Positions 29,510 through 39,570 are shown, counted from the first letter of the stretch. The stretch is DNA of 64,000 nt from Trueperaceae bacterium (GCA_965215565.1 CBDCDZ010000004.1:832001-896000); one strand, 5' to 3'. Notes: a model not told the origin generated them from the sequence alone. Made by a program: numbers and translations.

Positions 29510-32308
29510 TCACGAGTCGCCCCTACTCGGCTGCAAGGTTTCGGAGGTTTCCGCGTCCGGCGCGGGACGTCCGAGCCACCACACGCTGAGGCGCATGATA
29601 ATGAGCACGCCCAGCCCGAGCAGCGACGCCTTGAACCAGGCGAAGCTGTCGATAGGCGCGGAGCCGAAGACGGCGTTCATGGCGGGTAGGTAGATAAACG
29701 AGAGTTGCAGCGCGGCGAGCGCGCCGACGCTCAAGATAACCCAAGGGTTGCGGCGGCCTTGAAGGCGCGGCGCGCGGATCGCGAAGAGGTAGGCGAGCTG
29801 CGCCAGGACGATGCCTGTGACGGTGAGCGTCTGCACCCTCGCGAGCGTGCGTTCTGGCGAGACGCTGTCCGCTAAGGCGTCAGCCAGACCTAGATAGCTC
29901 AGCGCGAGCGTCCCGAGGGTCAGTAAGACGCTCATCAGCGCGATGAGGATGAGGTTGGCGCGGCTCAGCAGGGTGTTTTGGCGCGAACCGAGGGGAGTGG
30001 GGATGGACTCGAGCGCCAGCGGTAAGCCCAGCAAGAGGTTCGCCACGAGGTGAACCCACAGCGCTTGCGTCGGCAAAAGGGGTAGGAGCGTGCCGTCCCC
30101 TTGCAAGAGGGCGTACCCGGTGCTCACGGCTAGAATCGCTAAAAGCGCGATATTGACGGGCAGCGCAAACGTCAGGAGCCGCGTGACCGCCGTACGCACT
30201 TTGCCCCCTTCTTGCAAGGCGGTCAGGAGCCCGCCGATGTTGTCGTCCGCCAGCACCACGTCCGCTACCTCTTTCGCCACGGACGTGCCCGACACGCCCA
30301 TCGAGACGCCCACGTCGGCTTGTTTCAAAGCGGGCGCGTCGTTGACGCCGTCGCCCGGCACCGCGACGACGTGCCCGTCCGCCTGGAGCGCCTTGACAAG
30401 CTGCACCTTCTGCTCGGGCGTCACGCGGGCGAAGACGCTGTGCTCGCGTACGGCTTGCGCGAACCTCTTGTCCGAGAGCGCCGCGAGTTCTTCGCCCGTG
30501 ATGACCTCTTCGCCCTCGCGTAAAAGCCCTAAATCTTGCCCGGTGAGCCGCGCGGTGGCGGCGTGGTCGCCCGTGATCATCTTGACAGTGAGGCCCGCCG
30601 TTCGGCAGACGTGCAGCGTCGAGCGCGCTTCGGTGCGGACCGGATCGACGACGCCGACGAGACCTAAGAAGGTGAAGCCGTCTTCGACGTCGCTGGTGAG
30701 GAGTCTGGGAGAAGGCTCGGGCAAGCGGCGCTCCGCTAATGCGATCACGCGCAGCCCCCGCGCCGCCCACGCTTCAGCCTCGCGGCGGACGCGCCTGAGG
30801 TCTAAATCGTGACCGTCACTCTGGATCACGCAGCGCGTCAGCACCTCGTCCGGGTCGCCGCGCAAGGAGATGAGCCCGTACCCCGCGGGCGTGCTGTGCG
30901 AGCTGGCGGTGAAACCGCGCCACGTCTTAAAGGGCAGCGTGTCGAGGCGCGGGTAGTTCTCGCGGAGGCTCTGGGCGTTGAGCCCAAGCTTGTAACCCGC
31001 CACGACGAGCGCCCCTTCGACGGGGTCGCCTGTAATGAACCAGCCGAGCCTATCGCGCTGGAGCGTGGCGTCACTCGAGATGACCCCCACCGTGAGCAAA
31101 TCCTCTCCGTTCGAGGAGAGCAGCCGGACCTGTTCGTCGTCGAAGCTGAGCAGTTGTCCTTCGGGCGCGTAGCCTTGACCGCTCAGGTGGAAGGGCAAGG
31201 GCGGCGTCCAGAGCGACGTCGCAGTCATCTCGTTATGGGTGAGCGCCCCGGTCTTGTTCGCTAGAATCGCCGTGACGCCGCCCAGGGTCTCCGTCGCCGC
31301 GAGGTGGCGCAGCGCGACGCGGTGCGCGATCAAGCGCCAAATCCCGGCGGCGAGCGCGATGGTCACGAGGATGGGCAGACCGACAGGCGCAGCGCCTACT
31401 GCGATCGCGGAGACAGTGAGCTTGATCTCCGCGAAGGAGAAGTCGCGCCAGACGCCGCCCAAAGCGACGAGCGTGGAGAGCACCGCGATGGCTACTGTGA
31501 GCGCCCAGCCGATGCGGACAAAGGTCCCCGAGAAGGGGGGCGCGTCGTGCTTGATGCGCTGGATCAGCCCCGCTAGGTGCCCTAGCTCCGTCGTCATGCC
31601 CGTCGCCACGACGACGCCCGCCGCCCCGCCGCTGCTTACGTACGTGCCGCTGTGGAGCATACTGTGGCGGTCGCCCACGCCGACCTCTTCGGGCGTGGGG
31701 TCAGCGTGCTTATCGACGGGCAGCGATTCGCCTGTCAGGGCGGACTGCTTGACGCGCAGATTGTAAGAGCTTAAAAGACGCAAGTCGGCGGGCACCCAAG
31801 CGTCCGCCTCCAAGGTTACGATGTCGCCCGGTACGAGGTCTTCTGCTGGGACGGAGAGCTTCTGCCCGCCGCGCAAGACCGCCGCCTCATCCGGCACGAT
31901 CTTGATGAGCGCGTCGAAGGAACGGTTCGCCCGGTACGCCTGGACGAAACCGATGGCGAGGTTGATGCTCACTGCGATAAGGAGCACCACGCCGTCTAAG
32001 ACGAGCCCCAGCCAAAAGGCTAAGATGCTCGCGGCTAAGAGAACGTAGGTGAGCGGATTTCGGAACTGGCGGCGCAAAAGGTGCCCGAAGGTCTCCCCTT
32101 CAATGCGCGTCAAGGTGTTCGTGCCCTCCGCGGTAAGCCGCTTTTTCGCCTCCTCGCTGCTCAGCCCTGCCTCGCTGCTGCCGAGTAGCGCCAACGCTTG
32201 TCGCGCTGAGAGCGCGTGCCAAGGATACTGGGTTTGCTTATTCTGGGTTTGAGCACCTACTTGTTTATTTTGAGCTTGCCCGTCTCGAGCTTGCGCGTCG
32301 TCAGACAT
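29510..32308 (-). CDS. P2A-like P-type ATPase homologue with degenerate catalytic and ion-binding motifs
   Basis: TGES, MITGDH and GDGVNDAPALK are retained; NKTGA replaces DKTGT and PVGL replaces PEGL. Confidence 0.9.
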   Translation of the reverse strand: MSDDAQARDGQAQNKQVGAQTQNKQTQYPWHALSARQALALLGSSEAGLSSEEAKKRLTAEGTNTLTRIEGETFGHLLRRQFRNPLTYVLLAASILAFWLGLVLDGVVLLIAVSINLAIGFVQAYRANRSFDALIKIVPDEAAVLRGGQKLSVPAEDLVPGDIVTLEADAWVPADLRLLSSYNLRVKQSALTGESLPVDKHADPTPEEVGVGDRHSMLHSGTYVSSGGAAGVVVATGMTTELGHLAGLIQRIKHDAPPFSGTFVRIGWALTVAIAVLSTLVALGGVWRDFSFAEIKLTVSAIAVGAAPVGLPILVTIALAAGIWRLIAHRVALRHLAATETLGGVTAILANKTGALTHNEMTATSLWTPPLPFHLSGQGYAPEGQLLSFDDEQVRLLSSNGEDLLTVGVISSDATLQRDRLGWFITGDPVEGALVVAGYKLGLNAQSLRENYPRLDTLPFKTWRGFTASSHSTPAGYGLISLRGDPDEVLTRCVIQSDGHDLDLRRVRREAEAWAARGLRVIALAERRLPEPSPRLLTSDVEDGFTFLGLVGVVDPVRTEARSTLHVCRTAGLTVKMITGDHAATARLTGQDLGLLREGEEVITGEELAALSDKRFAQAVREHSVFARVTPEQKVQLVKALQADGHVVAVPGDGVNDAPALKQADVGVSMGVSGTSVAKEVADVVLADDNIGGLLTALQEGGKVRTAVTRLLTFALPVNIALLAILAVSTGYALLQGDGTLLPLLPTQALWVHLVANLLLGLPLALESIPTPLGSRQNTLLSRANLILIALMSVLLTLGTLALSYLGLADALADSVSPERTLARVQTLTVTGIVLAQLAYLFAIRAPRLQGRRNPWVILSVGALAALQLSFIYLPAMNAVFGSAPIDSFAWFKASLLGLGVLIIMRLSVWWLGRPAPDAETSETLQPSRGDS

Positions 32309-32375
32309 ACCGCTCCTTTCTCCGCCCTACCACCTTCGTTTGAAGCGCCCTTAGAGGCCGCCCTCGCGTCTCGGC

Positions 32376-32906
32376 TCACTCATGACCGCCGCTATGGTGG
32401 CTCAGGTAGATCGCGCCGCCCATCGTCAAGATGCCCAGTCCGAGCAGGAGCAAATCGAGGGTGGAGTCGTACTCTAAGCCTAGCGCCTGCTGCAAAAACT
32501 TCACGACTAAAATCAAGATGATGACCCGGGCCAAACGTCCTTTAAGCCCTTCAAACGAGTTCGTATCCAGTATACGACTTGCCACCTCGGTACCCTCGGC
32601 GATTCTGACGTTGCCGATAAACTGCCGGTAGAGCCCCGCCGTAAAGATGAAGAGCGCCGAAGCGATGAGGTAGCCGTCGATGACGCTCACCACGCTGCTG
32701 ATCATCTGAGCGCGGAGGTCGGTGCGCCCCGCTAAGTCGAGCGTCGGGTCCGTATAGTCTGTCACGCTCACAAGGAGGAAAAAGGCGTCCACCGTGGTGA
32801 TAAAGAGCATGAACAGCCACATCGCGAAGCTCGCGATCACTGCGACTAGGATGAGAACGCGGCTTTGCCAGAGCGCCGCTTCGAATACGTAACCGATCGC
32901 TTTCAT
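32376..32906 (-). CDS. YqhA/UPF0114-like membrane protein
   Basis: LWQSR, IDGYL...GLY..FI, LKGRLARVI pattern. Confidence 0.75.
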   Translation of the reverse strand: MKAIGYVFEAALWQSRVLILVAVIASFAMWLFMLFITTVDAFFLLVSVTDYTDPTLDLAGRTDLRAQMISSVVSVIDGYLIASALFIFTAGLYRQFIGNVRIAEGTEVASRILDTNSFEGLKGRLARVIILILVVKFLQQALGLEYDSTLDLLLLGLGILTMGGAIYLSHHSGGHE

Positions 32907-33482
32907 CTACACTACCTTTTCTAACACGAATGTTTGGGTCATTTTTAGGGTGAACCTCTGCGCTAAAGTTAGAGGGTGAATGCGCACGCTCAGCGCGCGA
33001 CCGGGACAGTTCAAAAGACAACCTCTCCTCTCACCATAACAAGTGTGACGCACGAACCAGGCACCTCGAGAAGACCACCAAAGGTTCGCGGAACCGGGTG
33101 CACCGCGTCGCGGGTTTGAAGAGAAACGGTTTTAGGGGATATGGACGCGCCAGACGTCAGCGGGCGACCTCTGCTCGGCGTTGCCAGCGACTAACTAATT
33201 GAGGGCGACTAGCCGAGACCGCTCAGTGCGGCGGCGCGGTTTGGGCGCGCAAGGGGAATCTCGCAGTTCCTCGGCGTGGTTCCAGCCAGCCAAGTCGCGA
33301 ACCTCTAAAGACGAGCCCATAGGAACGCGGCAAATACAGACTAGAGAGCGTGACATTATATGAAAATTATAGCTGAGCCGTTCGCCTGGGATTGTCTTGT
33401 GGGATGGGGCGAACTGCTCTACACCAAAGTGTCTGCTTAAAGCGTGTAGAAGTCGAGCGCCCGAAGCGTTACCTTAGAGGAT

Positions 33483-34267
33483 ATGAAGGTTATCCTGCCG
33501 CTTTACAACCCTCGAGGTCACAAGTTAGTCGAACGCTTAGCGCCTCTGCTGCCGCCAGACGTCACCTTTATGCTCGTGTCGGGCAATATGGACAAGCCGC
33601 TCGACGTGACTGGGTGAACCGAACCGCGGAGGACCTTAAAGGGCGCTTCCCTGAGAGCACGCTCCTCGCGGCGACGGCGGGTCTGGCGCACGTCCGCACC
33701 CTCACCGAGCGCGTCACGCCGCCCGTACGGGGCGTGGTCTACATCTACGAGCCTAACTTCAGCAATGAACCTGAATTCACCTGGGACTTCGCGGAGACGC
33801 TGAAACACTTCGCCGAGGTGAGGCGCGCGGCGCACGCCGCAGACTTGTGGGCGTTCGGCAAGCCGACGGGACGCCCGCTCTACCAGTCGTACCTCTATAA
33901 GCACGGCTGGGACTACGCCGCTCTAGGCGCGGCGGTGGACGGGCTCTTCGTGCAGACGCAGACCTACTGCAAGAAGGACCCACTTATCTTTAGCGAGGCG
34001 CTCGGGGCGTTGGTCGGACAGTACCGCGCGGCGTCGCAACTCGCAGCTCGAGACGCACCTCAAGTAGCGGCGCAGCATCCCCCCTTCGCGCAACTAAGCC
34101 TCGACCCCGCCTCGCGCAACGGGGCGCGCGCGGACGACGTCAGCGCGTGCGTGGCGTCCGCCGCCGAGCACGTCGCAGTTGGCGCGTTAGCCGGCCTGCT
34201 GCTCTGGTGGTCGCCGCGCTACCCGGAAGAGGTGGCGCGCTGCTTGGAGCAACTGAACGCGCTCTGA
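33483..34267 (+). CDS. Hypothetical protein, probably frameshifted near 33605
   Basis: ATG 33483 gives MKVILPLYNP...KPLD, which plausibly joins DWVNRTAEDL... in another frame. Confidence 0.55.
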
Positions 34268-34299
34268 GGGGACCTCACCCTACGCTTACAGCTTCAACA

Positions 34300-35544
34300 T
34301 CACGAAAGGATGTGCTCGAGCCCCTCAATAAGCTGCTCTATCTCCTCACCACTCGTGTAGTGGACGAACGACAGCCTGAGCACGCCCGCCTCCAAAAGAC
34401 CCATCGCCGCCAAGAGCCGCGCGGCGTAGAAGTGACCGTGCGCGCACATCACGCCGTGCTCAGCGAGCGCCTTGACGAGCGACGGCGCGCCCTGTCCGCG
34501 CACGGTGACGGAGACGGTGGGCGCGCGGTTTGTAAGCGTTGTAGGACCGATGATGCGGACCTTGGGGTGGCTCCCTAGGTACTCGAGCAGGGGCGCGAGC
34601 CTCACCCACTCCGCCTCTCTAAAGAGGTCATGGACCCGTTTCGCTCTCGTGCGAGCGTCCGGGGCTTCGCCGTAGTGGTGCGCGTCAACCGCGTCGAAAT
34701 AGTCCGTGACCCCGCTCGCAGCGGCGATCTGCGCGTGGTCGGGTCCGGCGGGCACGAGTCTCTTCTGGGGCGAACCCGCGTTGAAGTAGTGCCCCTGGTT
34801 GCTCAGCTTCTGCGCGGTCTCGGAGCGCACCACCATCACGCCCTGGTGCGGTCCGTAGGTCTTATACGCCGAAAAGAGGTAGATGTCCGCGCCGAGCGCG
34901 TCCACGTCCGGGAAGCCGTGCCCCGCGTACGAAACACCGTCCACCACCGCTACTGCGCCGACGCTATGGATGAGGTCAGCCACCTCTCGAACCGGGTTGA
35001 CTTCGCCTACGACGTTCGAGCAGTGGGGGAAGGCGACGATTTTGGTTTTGTCCGTGAGGAGGTCTTTGAGGTTTTCCACGTGCAAGCGCCCCGTCTCGGG
35101 GTCCACTCGCCACTCCTTGATCTCTATCGCGTGCTCGGCGAGCCGCCGCCACGCGCCGCTGTTCGCCTCGTGGTCCTGGTTCGTGACGATGACCTCGTCG
35201 CCCCTTTTCAAGCCGTCGCGGAAGGCTTGGGCGAGAACGTAGGTGTTCTGCGTTGTCGAGGGGCCGAAGTAGACCTCTTCGCTCTGGACGTTGAGATACT
35301 GGGCGAACGCGGGGTAGCTCCTATCCATCGCCTCCCCCGCGCTTTGCGCGGTTGGATAGAGGTGGTGGGGCTGCACCTTCATCGTGGTGTAGAACTCGGT
35401 GAGCCTGCCAATCACCTGCTGGCAGGCGTACGAGCCGCCCGCGTTCTCGAAAAAGGCGCGCCCTGCTAAGCTCGGCTCGCTGAAAGCGGGAAACTGTCGG
35501 CGGACGAAGTCGAGGTCTAAAGGTGCGCTCATGGGGTTCTCCAA
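34300..35544 (-). CDS. Aminotransferase class V / cysteine desulfurase-like PLP enzyme
   Basis: FENAGGS, DHEAN, VDGVS, FSAYKTYGPH. Confidence 0.9.
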   Translation of the reverse strand: MENPMSAPLDLDFVRRQFPAFSEPSLAGRAFFENAGGSYACQQVIGRLTEFYTTMKVQPHHLYPTAQSAGEAMDRSYPAFAQYLNVQSEEVYFGPSTTQNTYVLAQAFRDGLKRGDEVIVTNQDHEANSGAWRRLAEHAIEIKEWRVDPETGRLHVENLKDLLTDKTKIVAFPHCSNVVGEVNPVREVADLIHSVGAVAVVDGVSYAGHGFPDVDALGADIYLFSAYKTYGPHQGVMVVRSETAQKLSNQGHYFNAGSPQKRLVPAGPDHAQIAAASGVTDYFDAVDAHHYGEAPDARTRAKRVHDLFREAEWVRLAPLLEYLGSHPKVRIIGPTTLTNRAPTVSVTVRGQGAPSLVKALAEHGVMCAHGHFYAARLLAAMGLLEAGVLRLSFVHYTSGEEIEQLIEGLEHILS

Positions 35545-35596
35545 AGTTCAATTCAAAGAGGTTGAGCTTACGGCTAGCTATGTAGGGTTTAGCACG

Positions 35597-36352
35597 TCAA
35601 GAACGCAGATAAGAGGCACCGTTCACGTCCAAAATCGCGCCGGTGGAGAATTCAGCGCCTTCTGAAGCTAGAAACAAAACCGCGTGGGCTACCTCTTCGG
35701 GTTTTGCCACGCGCCCAAGTGGGCTCTGAGCGCGAATCTCTCGCCCCCTCTCCCCTTTAAGGTGCGCGCTGGTCATGTCCGTTTCGACGAAACCAGGCGC
35801 GACGACGCCGACGAAGATACGGTGCGGCGCGAGCTTCTGCGCGAGCGACTGACTTAGAGCGTTGAGAGCGGCTTTGCTCGCGCCGTACGCCGGGCTTTCC
35901 GGCTCACCCCTAAACGCGCCTCTGGACGATACGTTCACGATGCGCCCGCCACCCCCTTCCATCATGTGCTGCGCGGCGAAGTAGCTGAGGTGCGCGGGCG
36001 CAAGTAGATTGACGGCGAGCGTGCGCTGCCAACTCGCTCGCCACTCGTCAAAACTCACGGTGTCGATGGATTGCGCCTGGAAGATACCTGCATTATTGAC
36101 CAGAATATCGAGCCCGCCCAAAGCCCGCACGGTTCGGCTGATGAGGTCTTCGGCAGCGTTGGCGTCCGCCAAATCGCCTGCGACGCTGATATGCCCTTCG
36201 CCGAGCGACGCGAGCGCAGCTCGAGCCGCGTCGTGATCAGACCTGTACGCTAGGGCGAGCGTTGCACCGCGTTCCGCAAACGCTCGTGCGCACGCCAGCC
36301 CGATTCCCCTCGTACCCCCAGTAATGAGCACCCTTTTCCCTATGAAGTCCAC
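35597..36352 (-). CDS. SDR family oxidoreductase
   Basis: TGGTRGIG, NNAG, YGASK. Confidence 0.92.
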   Translation of the reverse strand: MDFIGKRVLITGGTRGIGLACARAFAERGATLALAYRSDHDAARAALASLGEGHISVAGDLADANAAEDLISRTVRALGGLDILVNNAGIFQAQSIDTVSFDEWRASWQRTLAVNLLAPAHLSYFAAQHMMEGGGGRIVNVSSRGAFRGEPESPAYGASKAALNALSQSLAQKLAPHRIFVGVVAPGFVETDMTSAHLKGERGREIRAQSPLGRVAKPEEVAHAVLFLASEGAEFSTGAILDVNGASYLRS

Positions 36353-36514
36353 GTCCGCACTCTACCATCCGTTTGCGCTATCTCCACAAGCTGAGAAGGG
36401 GATAACCTACCCACTTCACACACGCCTCTCTAACCCTCATTCGGTACCCTCTTCAGATGTACGCTTCAGCTACGTGCCTCACTTTGATGACCCTCTCTCC
36501 CCTAGAGAAACCCC

Positions 36515-37258
36515 ATGCCTGAAATCGACGTTCGCTTTTTAGGCGGCTTGAGCGAGGTTCAGCAGCGCGCCTTTGTGAGCGCGGCGGCGCGCTGGCGAGA
36601 GGTCTTGCCCGCGCCGCTGCCCGCTATCGCCGTTGACGGAGAAGTCACCGACGGCATCATTATCGAGGCTGAAGGCGTCAATATCGACGGGCGCGGCAGC
36701 GTGTTGGGGGCGGCTGGTCCTACGCACTTGCGCCCGAATTCGCTGCTGCCCGCTAAGGGCATCATGCGCTTCGACATCGCCGACGTCAGCCAGTTAGAAG
36801 CGGACGGAACCTTTGGAAGCGTGATTCTGCACGAGATGGGGCACGTCATCGGCATCGGGACGCTCTGGGAGCAGCTCGGCTTGTTGCGCGGGGCGGGGAC
36901 AGACAACCCAACCTTTACAGGTGCAGCGGCGAGGGAAGTCTACCGCGAGCTGCTAGAGGAGGCGTCACCTCTGAACGTCCCCGTCGCCAACACGGGCGGA
37001 CCCGGCACCCGCGAAGGGCACTGGCGCGAGGCGGTCTTCGGCAACGAACTCATGACCGGCTTCTTGTCGGGGCAGCGTCAACCGCTGAGCCGCCTTACCA
37101 CCGCGTCGCTGCGCGACTTAGGGTATGAGGTGGACGAGCGCGCGGCGGACCCTTACGAATTGGGCGAGGAAACAGGCGCTATCCAAGCCCTGCCCCTCTG
37201 CAAGCGCGACATCGTGAGACCTGTGCCCGTCGTCCTGCCGGAGAGCGCACTGGAGTAG
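36515..37258 (+). CDS. Leishmanolysin-related zinc metallopeptidase
   Basis: HEMGHVIGIG, GHWRE, ELMTG, LRDLGY. Confidence 0.85.
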   Translation: MPEIDVRFLGGLSEVQQRAFVSAAARWREVLPAPLPAIAVDGEVTDGIIIEAEGVNIDGRGSVLGAAGPTHLRPNSLLPAKGIMRFDIADVSQLEADGTFGSVILHEMGHVIGIGTLWEQLGLLRGAGTDNPTFTGAAAREVYRELLEEASPLNVPVANTGGPGTREGHWREAVFGNELMTGFLSGQRQPLSRLTTASLRDLGYEVDERAADPYELGEETGAIQALPLCKRDIVRPVPVVLPESALE

Positions 37259-37262
37259 CGCG

Positions 37263-38654
37263 TCAAGGCGCTTCACCCTGCCGGATGAGTTCGTCCACCT
37301 TCTCCACGTACTGCTCCGGCTTCGCTTTGCGCTCTAGGCCCCCCGCCGACATGTAGCGCACCTTGCCGAACACGTCACGCTCCGTCCAGCCCCTGTCATG
37401 CTGACCAAACACCCACGCCACGTTCGCGAACGAGTTCGGGTCACGCCCATCTAAAAAATACTTGTTGTTGAGGTAGAGCGTCGTTTCGTAAGCGTACTTG
37501 GGCGTGTTGCTCCACTCTAAAATCTTCTTACCCCAATACATCCGCATATAGTTGTGCATGTAGCCCGTGTAGCGCATCTCGCGCATGGCGGCGTTCCAGT
37601 ACGCGTCGTGGGTTTGGGCGTCCTCTAATTCCTGGCGCGTATACACGTATTCGCGCTCGTCGTCCTTGTGCTCTTCCAGGGTCTCCTGTGCCCAATCGGG
37701 AAGGTTGCTGAACGCATCGTAGTCGCCAGGCATGTAGTACACGAAGTTGATGGGCAGCTCGCGGCGGATGATGACCTCTTCTAAATACGAGTCGATGTTG
37801 CCTTGCGAGGTGTTCGCCTCTTGAATTTGCAGCGCGATGTAAACAGGCGAAATCTGCCCGAAGTGGAGATACTTGCTCATGTGTGAGACGTCGCTGGTTT
37901 GAGGCTGATTGCGGTTCGCGTCGTACGAGCTGAACTTGTTCTCTATAAAGTTGTCTAAAATCGCTTTCCCCTGCGAGGTGCCCCCCCTAAAGAGGTGGCT
38001 TACGGGCTCGACGCTCTTGTCCAGCTTTAAGCCGTCTACCAGCGCAGGGATATCGCTGAGGTCCAAGACGTCTACGCTCATGCTCTTGGAATTTTTGCCT
38101 ATAGACGTCGTGCGCAGTTCGACTAAGAAGTCGTCCAAGTGCTTCTGGATTTTTGGGCGAATTGTGCGCGCGGCGTACTCCTTTTTGTCCGAGACGAGTT
38201 CGACGGGCACGACTACGTCCGACTCGACTTGCGTCACGCAGCACGCGGCTTCATCCGCTACGCGCTTACGCCACGCGCGCTGGTTGCGCATGTACCCTCT
38301 GTCACACACGATCAAAGAGGCGTCCTCACCCAACCTAAGCGCCACCTCATCGGGTGAACCTTGCTGCACGGCGAACTTGATGTCCCGTTCTTTTAGAGAG
38401 GTCTCGACCTCTTGTAAGCCCTCCAACATAAAGGTGTAGTGCCGCGCGTTCGCCTCGGGGTAGTCGTCCATCAGCCCGAAGCAGACCAGTAAGCGCTGCT
38501 CTAGGTCGTTGGCGCGTTGGACGGCGTACTCGAGCGCGTGGTTGTACTCCGTGCGCTGCGAACTTTGCATCCAGTAGAGGACGTATGAGCCGTCTCTGAC
38601 CTCTTTGTCATTGAGGTGCTGGATGCGGGCGTCTTGGATGTGTTTGGTTGCCAT
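37263..38654 (-). CDS. phrB: Class II CPD photolyase
   Basis: YVLYWM, SKYLHFGQIS, MHNYMRMYWGKKILEW, DGRDPN. Confidence 0.93.
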   Translation of the reverse strand: MATKHIQDARIQHLNDKEVRDGSYVLYWMQSSQRTEYNHALEYAVQRANDLEQRLLVCFGLMDDYPEANARHYTFMLEGLQEVETSLKERDIKFAVQQGSPDEVALRLGEDASLIVCDRGYMRNQRAWRKRVADEAACCVTQVESDVVVPVELVSDKKEYAARTIRPKIQKHLDDFLVELRTTSIGKNSKSMSVDVLDLSDIPALVDGLKLDKSVEPVSHLFRGGTSQGKAILDNFIENKFSSYDANRNQPQTSDVSHMSKYLHFGQISPVYIALQIQEANTSQGNIDSYLEEVIIRRELPINFVYYMPGDYDAFSNLPDWAQETLEEHKDDEREYVYTRQELEDAQTHDAYWNAAMREMRYTGYMHNYMRMYWGKKILEWSNTPKYAYETTLYLNNKYFLDGRDPNSFANVAWVFGQHDRGWTERDVFGKVRYMSAGGLERKAKPEQYVEKVDELIRQGEAP

Positions 38655-38703
38655 GCTTCAGTGTCGCTGAGAGAGATACACTTCGAAAAGAGGGAGGGCT
38701 ACG

Positions 38704-39006
38704 TTAAACATCGGTGTAGTGTTCCACAACGGGAAAAGGCTCATGAAAGTGATGCAAAAGCGCCTTCCACGTCTCATAATCCGCCGACTGCCGAAACCCT
38801 ACCGTATGGTCTTCCAGCGTTTCCCACCGCACGAGCAAGAGGTAGCGGTTCTCCCGCTCCAAGCACCGTTTAAGTTCGTGCGAGAGGTAGCCCTTCACCG
38901 AGGCGATAATGGGCGCAGCTTTAGCGAACGCCGCCTCAAACGCCTCGGTCTCCCCCACCTTCACGTCTAAAATGGCAACCTCTAACACCTCTTCGTCTAA
39001 AGTCAC
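38704..39006 (-). CDS. Antibiotic biosynthesis monooxygenase-family protein
   Basis: YLLLVRWETLEDHTVGFR. Confidence 0.88.
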   Translation of the reverse strand: MTLDEEVLEVAILDVKVGETEAFEAAFAKAAPIIASVKGYLSHELKRCLERENRYLLLVRWETLEDHTVGFRQSADYETWKALLHHFHEPFPVVEHYTDV

Positions 39007-39076
39007 AAGATACCTCCAGAAATGAACTGCAACACCTTACCAAGTCGTTCACAGGGGAACGGCTTAGGCTTAAACT

Positions 39077-39568
39077 ATGGCAAAACGCATCCAGCCGAAA
39101 GAAGGACAAGAATCCGTCTGGGACTACCCGCGCCCGCCCGCTGTCGAAGAGGTGAGCAAGCATGTGCGCGTGGTCTTTAACGGCGAGGTCATCGCGGATA
39201 CAAACCGTGCCAAGCGCGTTTTGGAGACGTCGCATCCGCCTAGCTACTACATCCCACAAGAAGACGTGAAGATGGAATTTTTAGAGAAGACGGAGCGCAC
39301 GACGATGTGCGAGTTCAAGGGGCGTGCGGCGTACTGGACGGTGCGCGTGGGGGGTGAAGAGGTAGCGAACGCGGGCTGGAGCTATCCGAGTCCGGTAAAG
39401 GGCTATAAAGGGCTCCAAGATTACATCACCTTCTATCCGAGCAAAATGGAAGCGTGCTACGTCGGCGATGAGCGCGTGCAGGCGCAGGAGGGCGACTTTT
39501 ACGGCGGCTGGATTACATCAGATATCGTGGGACCCTTCAAGGGCGGCGCGGGGACGTGGGGGTGGTAA
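39077..39568 (+). CDS. DUF427 family protein
   Basis: ESVWDYPRPP, LETSHPPSYY, CEFKG. Confidence 0.9.
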   Translation: MAKRIQPKEGQESVWDYPRPPAVEEVSKHVRVVFNGEVIADTNRAKRVLETSHPPSYYIPQEDVKMEFLEKTERTTMCEFKGRAAYWTVRVGGEEVANAGWSYPSPVKGYKGLQDYITFYPSKMEACYVGDERVQAQEGDFYGGWITSDIVGPFKGGAGTWGW

Positions 39569-39570
39569 GA

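Noticed and set aside
32551..33021. 156-aa ORF with a purine-rich RBS-like sequence
   Set aside because: Overlaps the yqhA-like gene out of frame, with Arg-rich shadow composition
33000..33350. Named riboswitch or T-box (yybP-ykoY, M-box, c-di-AMP, lysine, glycine)
   Set aside because: Only short partial similarities; core consensus elements were not found by eye
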